Below, in pieces: positions 52,639 to 62,828 of a DNA stretch of 64,000 bases. The notes under the pieces are model-generated. The model did no database searches, was not told the DNA's origin, and was given only the letters and a program-made list of their open reading frames with translations. The stretch's first letter is position 1; every line of letters starts with the position of its first letter. Origin of the DNA: Nitrospirota bacterium (GTDB lineage: Bacteria > Nitrospirota > UBA9217); the NCBI GenBank assembly GCA_963737155.1, contig CAVTRN010000002.1, positions 2,400,001-2,464,000 on the forward strand, given 5' to 3'. The position numbers and the translations under genes were made by a program.

Positions 52639-53862
52639 ATGAAAATTGCTGTGTGGCACAACTTACCAAGCGGCGGAGCTAAGCGTGCTCTCTATTATCA
52701 TACCCGAGGGCTCGCGCAGCGTGGTCATACTATCGAAGCATGGTGTCCTTCAACCGCTGACCAGACATATTTGCCTCTCAGCGGTCTGATAAGGGAACAT
52801 GTAAAACCGTTGCATTTAATGCACATTGCATCTGTTAAAAATACGTTCAAAAAAGCATGGTTAGCTTCCTTCCACATGTTTCATGATATTCAAGAACTAG
52901 ACAATCATTGCCGCCAGTGTGCTGAAGAAATAAACCATGAGGGCTTCGATATACTTTTTACATACAATAGTCTGCCCATTGCTGTTTCTTCGATCGCTAA
53001 ATATGTTAAAATACCGACATCTATCTATTTAAATGAGCCATTAAGAGGTCTTTATGAGGCAATTCCTCGTTTACCATGGATTGAGCCCGATACGGCAGAA
53101 TCACACTGGAAGCTACAATCCATGATTAAGCTTATCGAAGACCATTATCAATTGAAATATATCAGACGCGTGGCGAGAGAAGAATGGACAAATATCAGGT
53201 TATATGATTCGGTCTTGGCAAATTCTTTATTCAGCAGAGAAAGTATTTTGCGAGCATATGGTACAAACTCCCGTGTGTGCTATCTTGGCGTAGATTCCGA
53301 CCTTTTTATTAACCAGCACAAGCAAAAAAGCAATTTTGTCATTGGGGTCGGTTCCTTTAGCCCAGCGAAAAATATTGACTTCGTCATACGTTCTCTGGCG
53401 AAGGTTCGTTCACCGCGGCCTAGCTTGGTATGGGTCGGCAATTATTCCTTTCAAAACTACTTGGATGAGTTGAAACGACTCTCAATATCAATGAACGTTG
53501 ATTTTCAACCCATGGAAATGATTGACGATCACCAGCTCGTTGACCTTCTGAATAGTGCGATGGCGATGGTGTATGCACCTCGATTAGAGCCGTTCGGATT
53601 TGCACCATTAGAAGCAAATGCGTGTGGTTTATCAGTCATTGCCGTCGCAGAAGGTGGGATAAGAGAAACAATCATGGATGGTGTCAATGGTTTACTCGTA
53701 GACTACGATGAAGGTTCAATGGCTCATGCAATCGAACGAATTCGTGATGACAGTCATCTTGCTCGCTCTTTGGGAGAAAATGGCCACAAAATTGTTCTTG
53801 ATAAGTGGTCACTTTCTGCATCGATTGACAGAATCGAACATTGCCTGAAAATTTTAATTTAA
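52639..53862 (+). CDS. GT4 glycosyltransferase
   Basis: SGGAKR; EPFGFAPLEANACG. Confidence 0.9.
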   Translation: MKIAVWHNLPSGGAKRALYYHTRGLAQRGHTIEAWCPSTADQTYLPLSGLIREHVKPLHLMHIASVKNTFKKAWLASFHMFHDIQELDNHCRQCAEEINHEGFDILFTYNSLPIAVSSIAKYVKIPTSIYLNEPLRGLYEAIPRLPWIEPDTAESHWKLQSMIKLIEDHYQLKYIRRVAREEWTNIRLYDSVLANSLFSRESILRAYGTNSRVCYLGVDSDLFINQHKQKSNFVIGVGSFSPAKNIDFVIRSLAKVRSPRPSLVWVGNYSFQNYLDELKRLSISMNVDFQPMEMIDDHQLVDLLNSAMAMVYAPRLEPFGFAPLEANACGLSVIAVAEGGIRETIMDGVNGLLVDYDEGSMAHAIERIRDDSHLARSLGENGHKIVLDKWSLSASIDRIEHCLKILI

Positions 53863-54165
53863 TCTTTAATCTGAATCCGACGCTAATCAGAAATATCCGT
53901 GATGTGTGATATGCACGAAATAATTTCATGAGGACGATATTGGTGCTTCAGATATCAACCTGCTATTTTTTATTCTCCATGTCAGTGCGAATCTCGAATG
54001 CAATGTGAGGTCGCAAGTCTGCGCGGAAAGAACAGTTTGAACCCCAATCGGTTGAAACGATAATACACTTTCCTGGAACTGACAGCCAACGTACAAAGGG
54101 CACAAAAGAGCGTGACTAGATATCATGCATATTTCAGCAGAGAGTAGACAGTCAAGAGGGACCTT

Positions 54166-55314
54166 TTGAAGAAGAAAACCATCGTCATAGATGCTATCAC
54201 ACTCTTATCCAGAGTCACCGGCATAGGGAAGTATACTCATGAAGTATCGAAACGACTTTTGCGGTCAAGCGACGATCTTGATATCACCTTTTATTATGGC
54301 TATTTCAGCAAGGATTTATACGAGCCTCAAGATGCGTCGTCAGGCAAGCTATCAAAAAATCTGATGAGTATCCTCGGTCAAAACTACGTTTTTAAAAATC
54401 TTGCGCAGGGGATCAAACTGTATTTGCTAAAATATCTTAGCGGTAAATATGACTTATACTGGGAACCAGCCATTGTCCCGCTCCAGCACATGAAAACCGG
54501 CAGTCTCGTCACGACTGTGCACGATTTCTCCTTTCATCATCACCCCGAATGGCTCGACAAGGAACTACGGGCCTATATCACTAACCATTTTTGGAGGAAT
54601 ATATCGCGGTCATCTCGAATTATCACGGGTTCACTTTATACAAAAAATGAGATTGTGAAATTTCTGCGATACGATCCGGCGGCAATAGACGTAATCTATC
54701 ATGGCGTAGACCATTCCATCTTTAGACCCTATGAAGAAGAAACCTTGCGCACCTTTGCTGCATCTCACACATTACCGGTGAAATATCTGCTCTTCGTGGG
54801 GAGCATTGAACCAAGAAAGAATCTCATAAATACCTTGCTTGCATATAATCAGCTTCCGAAAGAGTTCAAGAAAGAGTTTAAATTCGTACTAGCCGGGTTC
54901 AGCGGTTGGAACAATTCCGAAGTCATGGCACTTATCGAGAAAGAAAAGGAGAATATCACCTATCTCGGATATCTTACCGATTTCGAGCTTGCATGCTTAT
55001 ACAATCTGGCCAGCGTTCTTATCTACCCGTCCCTTTATGAGGGGTTCGGCCTCCCACCACTCGAAGCCATGGCCTGCGGGACGCCTGTGGTCGTTTCGCG
55101 AGTTGCTTCCCTGCCAGAAGTATGTGGGGATGCAGCGTTCTACATTAATCCCCACGATATTTCGAACATCACCGATGGTATGTACAATGTTGCAAACAAT
55201 GATGCCATGCGGAAATTGATGGCTCAGAAAGGTCTGGCCCGTGCTAGTGGATTCACTTGGGACGAATCAGCTCGGAAGCATTTATCGGTTTTTCATAATC
55301 TTTTGAACCGTTAA
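54166..55314 (+). CDS. GT4 glycosyltransferase (MtfB/WbpY-like)
   Basis: [33 protein letters not shown]. Confidence 0.92.
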   Translation: MKKKTIVIDAITLLSRVTGIGKYTHEVSKRLLRSSDDLDITFYYGYFSKDLYEPQDASSGKLSKNLMSILGQNYVFKNLAQGIKLYLLKYLSGKYDLYWEPAIVPLQHMKTGSLVTTVHDFSFHHHPEWLDKELRAYITNHFWRNISRSSRIITGSLYTKNEIVKFLRYDPAAIDVIYHGVDHSIFRPYEEETLRTFAASHTLPVKYLLFVGSIEPRKNLINTLLAYNQLPKEFKKEFKFVLAGFSGWNNSEVMALIEKEKENITYLGYLTDFELACLYNLASVLIYPSLYEGFGLPPLEAMACGTPVVVSRVASLPEVCGDAAFYINPHDISNITDGMYNVANNDAMRKLMAQKGLARASGFTWDESARKHLSVFHNLLNR

Positions 55315-55479
55315 TGTCGTCTTTTTACAAATCTCTGTTTTAATCCTTGCCGATAAAACGTGCTTCTATTCTCGACACTTTGTCTGTCCGCTCATGTCGG
55401 CGTTCACGAATTATTTCCGGAAAGACTAATTATCACTCAGGGATGTCTCTGAATACTCGTTAGCAAAGGAGTAAACAGC

Positions 55480-56754
55480 ATGTCGCTTTTTGATCATATA
55501 ATTCGCATCGGATGGAAAATCTTGTCGAGGCAGAAGAGACTCTCCGCACTTGTAAGTTCGATCTATGCGTCCGCCGCGTACCTCCTGTCATTACCCCCGT
55601 ACTATCGACTTCTGCGTCGATTCCAAAACGTACAAACACAGGCACCGAGACCCCGCGGTGTTAACATCGCCGGTTATTTAACCATGGAAAGCGGCGTTGG
55701 TGAAGCCGCCAGATCAATCGTCCGTGTGATGGATAAAACCGGCACTCCCTGTGCTCTCAATAATATCGAGGACCCGCTTTTCCGGAGCCGGAATGATACC
55801 TACCGACACCTATTCCGCCAAGATTCTCCCTACGGGATCAATATTCTTTGTTTCAATGCCGACCAGGTCCCTTCCCTGTCCAGACGATTGTCCCCCGATT
55901 GGTTCCCTGGAAAATACTCCATAGGCTACTGGGTTTGGGAGCTGGACACCTTCCCTAAAAGGTGGGATCCGTCATTTCGCTGCTTGCAGGAGGTATGGAC
56001 ACCCAGTTCATTCTGCACGAACGCTATCAAGACGCGGTCACCAGTACCGGTGATAACAATCCCTTATGCCGTCGATATTACCGCAATCGATTCTCTACGC
56101 ACAAGAGAATCGTTCGGTCTCCCTAAGGATGCTTATATCTTTCTCTTCATCTTTTCTCTTCAATCGGCCTTTGAACGGAAAAATCCTCTTGCAGTTATCA
56201 GGGCATTCAGCAAAGTGTTCAGCGGATTCGGCAAGAAAAAAGTGACATTGGTGCTTAAATTCAGCGGATCCGCTAGCCACCGGTGGGCATATGACGAGAT
56301 AGTGAAGGCAAGTGAAGGACTTCCAGTTATGATCATTGATTCATTTCTGGACAACAGCGCCCTGTATCGACTCATGCAGTTGGCGGACTGTTATGTTTCG
56401 CTCCACCGGTCAGAGGGGTTCGGCCTCACGATTGCCGAGTCCATGTTTTTGGGGAAACCATGCATCGCAACCGGCTATTCCGGCAATATGGAGTTCATGA
56501 CAACAAATACGAGCTACCCTGTTCGTTATACGATGAAGAAGATCGAGCAAAGCATTGGTCCATACAAGACAGGTGCATCCTGGGCCGAACCAGACCCATA
56601 TCATGCAGCTGAACTAATGCAATTCGTCTTCGACAACCCGGAAAAAGGGCGTGAAACCGGTGCACTCGCAGCACAGCATATAAGGGACTCATTCAGTCCT
56701 GAAGCACTCTCACGATTGGTTCAAAAAAGAATCAAGGAACTGCGGTATTTTTAA
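55480..56754 (+). CDS. GT4 glycosyltransferase
   Basis: GVGEAAR, YWVWEL, RKNP, HRSEGFGLTIAE. Confidence 0.9.
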   Translation: MSLFDHIIRIGWKILSRQKRLSALVSSIYASAAYLLSLPPYYRLLRRFQNVQTQAPRPRGVNIAGYLTMESGVGEAARSIVRVMDKTGTPCALNNIEDPLFRSRNDTYRHLFRQDSPYGINILCFNADQVPSLSRRLSPDWFPGKYSIGYWVWELDTFPKRWDPSFRCLQEVWTPSSFCTNAIKTRSPVPVITIPYAVDITAIDSLRTRESFGLPKDAYIFLFIFSLQSAFERKNPLAVIRAFSKVFSGFGKKKVTLVLKFSGSASHRWAYDEIVKASEGLPVMIIDSFLDNSALYRLMQLADCYVSLHRSEGFGLTIAESMFLGKPCIATGYSGNMEFMTTNTSYPVRYTMKKIEQSIGPYKTGASWAEPDPYHAAELMQFVFDNPEKGRETGALAAQHIRDSFSPEALSRLVQKRIKELRYF

Positions 56755-56908
56755 GGCAGGTGATCGTTAATTCAAGGGACGAGGGAGGCGCCCATCGCTG
56801 GATACCTACAGAGTCGATTATAGTTTCACAAATGGAATACTCCCTGATCGCACCAAACCAAAGCTATTTCGGCTCGCGGAGGTAGCAGCAATAAACCAGG
56901 CAACAGGT

Positions 56909-57922
56909 TCAGCGCATCACAGGCTTACTTTTCGAGGCAAACTCTTTACATTCCTGGTCCACCATCATTTTTACCACATCATGCATTTTATACTTCGCTT
57001 TCCATCCCAATTGTTTAAATGCCTTAGACGGGTCTCCCCTACCGACATTGATTTCAGAGGGGCGCAGGAGTGATGAATCTGAAATTACGTGATCTCGCCA
57101 AGAAAGTCCGACACAAAAAAAAGTCTGTTCCACAAATTCTTCGAGGGTCCGAGTTTCTCCTGTTGCAATCACAAAGTCATCAGCATGTTCTTGTTGAAGC
57201 ATGAGCCACATCGCAAGGACATAATCGGGTGCCCAGCCCCAATCGCGGGATATGGACATATTGCCGAGGTGCAGCTTCTCGTTGCTCCCCTGAGATATTC
57301 TGCATGCCGCAGATACGATTTTTTTCGTGACAAAGCGCTCGGGTCTTAGAGGGGATTCATGATTGAAAAGAATGCCGGAGCAGGCGAAGATGTTGTATGC
57401 TTCGCGATAATTCGCCGTTTCCCAGAAAGCGGCGGCCTTTGCCACGGCATAAGGACTTCTTGGGCGGAATGCCGTGGATTCATTGGCCGGGGCATCTCCT
57501 TCCATATTTCCAAAACATTCGCTGGATCCGGCATTATAACACTTGATCGGAAGGTCTATGAATCGGATTGCCTCCAGCAGGTTTAACATGCCGATGCTAA
57601 TACTCTCCAGAGTTTCTACCGGCTGTTGAAAGGAAAGCCCCACGGAACTCTGGCCCGCGAGATTATAGACTTCATCCGGCTTTGTTTTTACCAGTATCTG
57701 CAACACGCTCCGGAAGTCGCTTAACGCCATGGATTCGAGCTTCACCTTGTCCTGGATACCCAAAGCAGCAAGTCCGTGAAATGAGGCAATCTGGGCATCT
57801 CGAGAGGTCCCATAGACGTCATACCCTTTGTTCAAAAGAAGTTGCGCCAGATAGGCACCATCCTGACCTGAAATACCGCAAATAAGGGCTTTCTTTTTTT
57901 TATTCTTTACGCCTTCCATCAT
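56909..57922 (-). CDS. gmd: GDP-mannose 4,6-dehydratase-family protein (second copy)
   Basis: GISGQDG, NLAGQSSV, GSSECFG, SPYAVAK, LFNHES, RDWG. Confidence 0.85.
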   Translation of the reverse strand: MMEGVKNKKKKALICGISGQDGAYLAQLLLNKGYDVYGTSRDAQIASFHGLAALGIQDKVKLESMALSDFRSVLQILVKTKPDEVYNLAGQSSVGLSFQQPVETLESISIGMLNLLEAIRFIDLPIKCYNAGSSECFGNMEGDAPANESTAFRPRSPYAVAKAAAFWETANYREAYNIFACSGILFNHESPLRPERFVTKKIVSAACRISQGSNEKLHLGNMSISRDWGWAPDYVLAMWLMLQQEHADDFVIATGETRTLEEFVEQTFFCVGLSWRDHVISDSSLLRPSEINVGRGDPSKAFKQLGWKAKYKMHDVVKMMVDQECKEFASKSKPVMR

Positions 57923-57952
57923 TTTTGCTTCCCCCGGTGGCACTTATAGAGG

Positions 57953-59101
57953 CTATAATTTCAGGTTTGCTGCAAGAGCATCCCATTCAAAATCGACGGC
58001 AATGGTTCGCACCTGTTCTTTCATTCGCATCCGAAACGCCATATCATCTACCATTTTAATAATTGCCTGAACTATACCATCTCGATCATTAGGGGGGACA
58101 GTTATGCCCATCCCTTTTCTTTCTATAAGATCGGCCCAAGCGTCCCCTTTTGTTGCAATTATTGGCAATCCCGCCCATACGTAGTCCAGCATGCGTGTTC
58201 TGAAGGAGAAGCGCATTTCCAGACTGTCCTTATGAAGACTTATGCCGGCGTCCGCTTCCAAAAGATAATCGGCCCGTTGTTCATACTGTGTCCATTTTCT
58301 ATTAATAAAAACAGAAGTTTCAAGCAGTCCCAGTCTTTCTGCTTCCGCGATAAAACGGTCTGTGACAGCCATTTTTTGAGAATCAGGACTTGGAGGCATG
58401 AGTCCTGGAAAGTAAACTTTAATGTCGTCGCGCCTCTGTTTGATCTTCGCAAGGGCTTGCAAGAGCAACAACGGGTCGAACCAGTCCCAGATGCCGCCGC
58501 CCCATACCAGCAAAAAATCCGTATCCTTTATTTTAGTACCTCGAAGTACTGAATGCTTCTTGACCGGTTTAACGGCAGACAAGCCAAACGGCAAAACCAC
58601 AATCGTATCCAGCTTTGAAGTATAGCCGAGGATAGTCAACTGCCCTATCAGAAAATCCTTCTGCTTTTCATTGGCAACGAGAAATCCCTTGCCGAATCTC
58701 AGAATTATACGTTGACGGATTTTCCACAGAAGCAGCATTGCCCACTTCCATATTTTCCCGGAAAGGGTTGACGGTCTACGTTCAAGAAATTCAAAAATAA
58801 CGGGGTCATACTGATCGAAAATTATCTGTTTGCGAAGCGCGAGGGAAAGAAGAATAGCGACGGGACTGCCCGGCTGAATTACACAATCCGATCGGTAGAT
58901 CCAAGACAACAGATTTACAAGCGATGTCCTTCCCGTAAAGGTTAAACCTTCACTGGAGAAACCTTTTTCGAAGTACCGTGATAAAATGACCGCCTGATGT
59001 CCTTTCCGCTTCAAGGCGTGCGCCAACTCCCAGTAGCGGATACCGGGGCCGGCCATCGTCGTACCGATAACATCGTTGCAAATAAATATGAGTCTTTGCA
59101 T
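57953..59101 (-). CDS. GT4-like glycosyltransferase
   Basis: MAGPGIRY, WGGGIWDWFDP, FSFRTRMLDYVWAGLP. Confidence 0.85.
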   Translation of the reverse strand: MQRLIFICNDVIGTTMAGPGIRYWELAHALKRKGHQAVILSRYFEKGFSSEGLTFTGRTSLVNLLSWIYRSDCVIQPGSPVAILLSLALRKQIIFDQYDPVIFEFLERRPSTLSGKIWKWAMLLLWKIRQRIILRFGKGFLVANEKQKDFLIGQLTILGYTSKLDTIVVLPFGLSAVKPVKKHSVLRGTKIKDTDFLLVWGGGIWDWFDPLLLLQALAKIKQRRDDIKVYFPGLMPPSPDSQKMAVTDRFIAEAERLGLLETSVFINRKWTQYEQRADYLLEADAGISLHKDSLEMRFSFRTRMLDYVWAGLPIIATKGDAWADLIERKGMGITVPPNDRDGIVQAIIKMVDDMAFRMRMKEQVRTIAVDFEWDALAANLKL

Positions 59102-59113
59102 CCTGAGAAGTGA

Positions 59114-60310
59114 TTACGACGTCTGGGGAATAGTGGTTTTTGACTTAACGGCTTTTCTTATTTCAATCCAATCGAAGACGTCCTCGAGACCCACTACAAA
59201 AACAATGAAAATGCCTATGGATGGCAAATAAATCCGATGTTCAAAAATAACATCAAGAATCGGGACAAAGCTTTGTGTCGGCGACAGAGTAATATAAAAC
59301 CAGGCAAAACCAAAGGGGATCAGCGTCCATCTCTTCTTCACATAGAGCCAAATCGAAACAGCCACAACGCCAATATGCGCTATAAAAGAAAGCAATGTCG
59401 GAAAAGCAAACAAGCTCGTCGCTAAGGGAAATTCATAATCTAAGTTTTGATTTATGGGGAGTATAAGAAGCCTCATATAAGTCCACATGACGTTGAGTGA
59501 TGTCAGCAAATAGGTTAAGGGGGTGATGCCCTTCTGTCCTGAGATGCCGAAGCCGGCACCGTTCATTTGCGTCGTCGACATGTTGTAAATCAACACGCCC
59601 CAAGACAACGCTACAAGCGCATGCCAGCCCAAGCGAGAAAGTACCGGCTTGAATTTGCTGTTCGAAAGAAACAGAAAATCATAGAGAATCAACATTGCAG
59701 GCAACGTTACGGCCCATTCTTTAGACCCCATTGCGAGCGCCGCTGTGACAAAACTACCTATAATGAAGTAGAATTTCCCTGTCTTTGCCCCCTTGATAAA
59801 AAACAAAAAAGTGGCAAGATAAAAAAACGCCGCGATAAGCTCCGTGCGGCTAATGATATACGTTACAGCCTCAGTCTGAACAGGATGGAGTGCAAATAAA
59901 AGAGCGCCGACAAGAGCCATTCGACGTGACCTGTAGCTGTATTGATCGCTCAGAGCGGGCAATTCTAGAGTCCAGAGAATAAGTAAATATACAAAAATAC
60001 TGTTCACTATGTGGCAACTAATATTGAATATGTGCCATCCGATGACATTCTGACCGCTCAAAGCATAATTAAACAGCAGCGAAAGATTTATTATCGGCCT
60101 GGTTCCGTTAAAAGCGGCAATGAAATTGTCCCAGGTAAGTTGCTTAATGTTGATATTATCCACGATAGTGGGGTTATCATCAAAATGGAAGTCAGCCTTG
60201 AATGTGTTGGAATAAGCAATAAGGGTCATTACGGCAATAATACCAAATGCGATGAGATTGAAATGCTTTCCAAGCAGTACCTTGCTGATTTTATCTCTTA
60301 AAGCTTGCAT
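59114..60310 (-). CDS. TMTC-like GT-C membrane glycosyltransferase without TPR repeats
   Basis: FHFDD..IVDN, HPVQTEAV.YI.SR.E, SKE, EHRIYLPS; about 11 TM helices. Confidence 0.75.
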   Translation of the reverse strand: MQALRDKISKVLLGKHFNLIAFGIIAVMTLIAYSNTFKADFHFDDNPTIVDNINIKQLTWDNFIAAFNGTRPIINLSLLFNYALSGQNVIGWHIFNISCHIVNSIFVYLLILWTLELPALSDQYSYRSRRMALVGALLFALHPVQTEAVTYIISRTELIAAFFYLATFLFFIKGAKTGKFYFIIGSFVTAALAMGSKEWAVTLPAMLILYDFLFLSNSKFKPVLSRLGWHALVALSWGVLIYNMSTTQMNGAGFGISGQKGITPLTYLLTSLNVMWTYMRLLILPINQNLDYEFPLATSLFAFPTLLSFIAHIGVVAVSIWLYVKKRWTLIPFGFAWFYITLSPTQSFVPILDVIFEHRIYLPSIGIFIVFVVGLEDVFDWIEIRKAVKSKTTIPQTS

Positions 60311-60396
60311 GATTGCTTTTGCTCCTTTGTAAATTTCAATACAACTTGTACTTTAACATGGTTTTGAAGGAAAGTAAACATTATTTTCCAGCACAA

Positions 60397-60777
60397 TCAA
60401 CCCTTTACGGTATTATTTGGAGCACTGTTGCCCAGGGATTCCTGTATCTGTTGGCGCAGTAGCGCCACCTCCTGCGCCAGTTGCTTGTTCTGTTCATACA
60501 GTCCGGAAATAACAACGGAAAAGTGAAGCGTAATGAGTAAGAGGAAAAGAAACGCAACCAGAAAAAGCAACGATGGCGGATAGAAGATACCGAGCAGATG
60601 TGAAACATATCCCAGAAGATCCCGCGACGATGAGAATATTAGCAGTACGCCCCCTGAAAGGAGCCACAAAAGCGAGTATTTTTCCTTAAGACTGCCCCTT
60701 CGGATAAGTTCCGCAACGATAAACAGCAACCCCCCACTCCCGACAATAGCTAGGATTTTTAATAAGTCCATCGGCAC
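60397..60777 (-). CDS. DUF2304 family membrane protein
   Basis: LKEKYSLLW, LGIFYPP, LAQEVAL. Confidence 0.88.
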   Translation of the reverse strand: MPMDLLKILAIVGSGGLLFIVAELIRRGSLKEKYSLLWLLSGGVLLIFSSSRDLLGYVSHLLGIFYPPSLLFLVAFLFLLLITLHFSVVISGLYEQNKQLAQEVALLRQQIQESLGNSAPNNTVKG

Positions 60778-61472
60778 TACCTCACTTTTTTCATGAGATC
60801 AATAAAAATTGCAATGAGTACCTTTGTCATGTAATATGCCGACCTTAGCGGAGTAATGGAGGATTTACCACCGGTCCGTTCCTGCATTGCAACGGGCACT
60901 TCAATCATACGCTTTTTTGCCTTATGGAGCAAGACAAGGGACTCCACCTCGGGATAGTCATCAGGGTAGTTCCGCGCAAAAAATTCTATGACACTCCGGT
61001 TCGCGGCCCGGAAACCGGAAGTACTGTCTGTAACAGACGTGCCCATGACCCGCGAAAGCACGAACGAAAAAATCCATATTCCAACCGATCTAAAAACAGG
61101 AGTTTTATATTCACTGGGCACTAGAAACCGGGATCCGATCACCATATCTGCCTCTTCAGCTTCAAGAGGACGCAGGAGTTTGATGATTTCCTTCCCCACA
61201 TGCTGGCCATCACCATCGAATTGCACAGCGATATCATAATTATTACGCAGCGCGTACAAATATCCTGATTGAACCGCTCCGCCGATGCCCAGATTAAACG
61301 GTAAATCCAGGACACTAATACCAAGTTCCCTCGCAATACGGGCCGTGTCATCTTTCGAACCGTCATTCACCACCAGCACGTGCGCCGAGGGGACGAACTC
61401 CCGCAGGTCACGGATTACGCCGGGAAGGCTCTTTTCTTCATTATATGCTGGAACAATAACAAGCACTTTCAT
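60777..61472 (-). CDS. DPM1-like GT2 (polyprenol-phosphate sugar synthase)
   Basis: PAYNEE, NDGSKD, NLGIGGA, DGDGQH, GSRF, DSTSGFR. Confidence 0.88.
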   Translation of the reverse strand: MKVLVIVPAYNEEKSLPGVIRDLREFVPSAHVLVVNDGSKDDTARIARELGISVLDLPFNLGIGGAVQSGYLYALRNNYDIAVQFDGDGQHVGKEIIKLLRPLEAEEADMVIGSRFLVPSEYKTPVFRSVGIWIFSFVLSRVMGTSVTDSTSGFRAANRSVIEFFARNYPDDYPEVESLVLLHKAKKRMIEVPVAMQERTGGKSSITPLRSAYYMTKVLIAIFIDLMKKVR

Positions 61473-61600
61473 AAGATGAAAATAGCACGCACGCGATATT
61501 AATTTTTTAACAATTTATCAACTCGGCAAAAAATGATTTTTCTCATGGGCCTCTGTTCAGGAAAAGCGGAACCCCTTGACCGGCCTGACGCATCGGCTCG

Positions 61601-62626
61601 TTAATCTTTCAAGGCGACCTCACGGACCGATATACGGAATGTACAAAGCAACCGGTAAAAATCGATGCGGTTGAGCCGCCTCAACCGTGCTATCGCACGA
61701 CGTTGGGTAACGATATGTGGAAGCGCTGTGAACGCAGACCACCAAGCTTTCAGAAGGATTGCCATTGCCCTGAGAATGGAATGCTGCTCGGAAAACTTGC
61801 CGCTTGCGCCTTTGCCGGTGAAGGCACCGAGAAGATGAACAAGTAGCCGCACAAATGTAAGGACCGGGCTCAACAGAATCAATTCCAGAGGAAAATATTT
61901 GAGCAGAACCCATATTCTGTTCCGTTCGACCAGGAACGCTTTGAATGGTGAGTAAGCCGTCGATGAAGCCGAGTATTTATGATAAACCCTAGCCGAGGGG
62001 ACATATCGGCAACCCCATCCCGCAAGCCTGGCACGGAGTCCGATATCGACATCATCAGCATAAGCAAAAAATTCCTCGTCAAAAAGACCGATTTCGGTCA
62101 ACATTTCCCTACGGTAAAGGCCGGCGCAGCCGCTCGGGAAAAAGGCTTCACCAGGCTGGTCATACTGTCCCTGATCCTTTTCAAGCCTTCCCCTGCCTCT
62201 CCCCAAACCGTCCGGATAGAGGAGCAAGCCAACATTATCGAAGATCCCGGGGTTATCGTAGGAGAGTATTTTGCTTGCCCACATCCCGGTCGAGTGCGGA
62301 CTCGACTCTGCTTCGGACAGAAGATTCTCCAGCCAGGCGGGATCAGTTTTCGTGTCATTATTTAACAGGGCGATGTACTCACCCCGTGCAACCTTTATCC
62401 CGGCGTTATTGCCTCCCGCAAAACCCAGATTCTCAGGAAGCGAGACAAGTCTTACTGCGGGGTATTGTTCCCTAACATAGTCCGTAGATCCGTCTTGCGA
62501 CCCGTTATCGACCAGAATGATTTCAATTGCTCTCGCTGTTTGTGCCGCGAGTGAGTTCAGGCACTCCTCCAGCAGGCTTTTGCCATTCCAGTTAACGATA
62601 ATAACCGACACTATCGGTTGGACCAA
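61601..62626 (-). CDS. GT2 glycosyltransferase
   Basis: VNWNG, VDNGS, NLGFAGGNN, LLNND, YADDVD; TTG start after SD AAGGAG. Confidence 0.9.
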   Translation of the reverse strand: MVQPIVSVIIVNWNGKSLLEECLNSLAAQTARAIEIILVDNGSQDGSTDYVREQYPAVRLVSLPENLGFAGGNNAGIKVARGEYIALLNNDTKTDPAWLENLLSEAESSPHSTGMWASKILSYDNPGIFDNVGLLLYPDGLGRGRGRLEKDQGQYDQPGEAFFPSGCAGLYRREMLTEIGLFDEEFFAYADDVDIGLRARLAGWGCRYVPSARVYHKYSASSTAYSPFKAFLVERNRIWVLLKYFPLELILLSPVLTFVRLLVHLLGAFTGKGASGKFSEQHSILRAMAILLKAWWSAFTALPHIVTQRRAIARLRRLNRIDFYRLLCTFRISVREVALKD

Positions 62627-62828
62627 AAAGATACTCCTTCGGCTGCTCCTGCGGAATGACACGGCGAGAGCTATTTCACGCCTTTAATAATAATATATCC
62701 ATTATTAACAGTCAATGTATAGGGAATAATTCATCATTACAAGGTCGCGATTTGTGTGTATAGAAAATTTTGGGTAAAAAAGCTAGATTTTCGTTCCGGT
62801 ATCAAGAAGGATGAAAGTCTGTTCCAGG

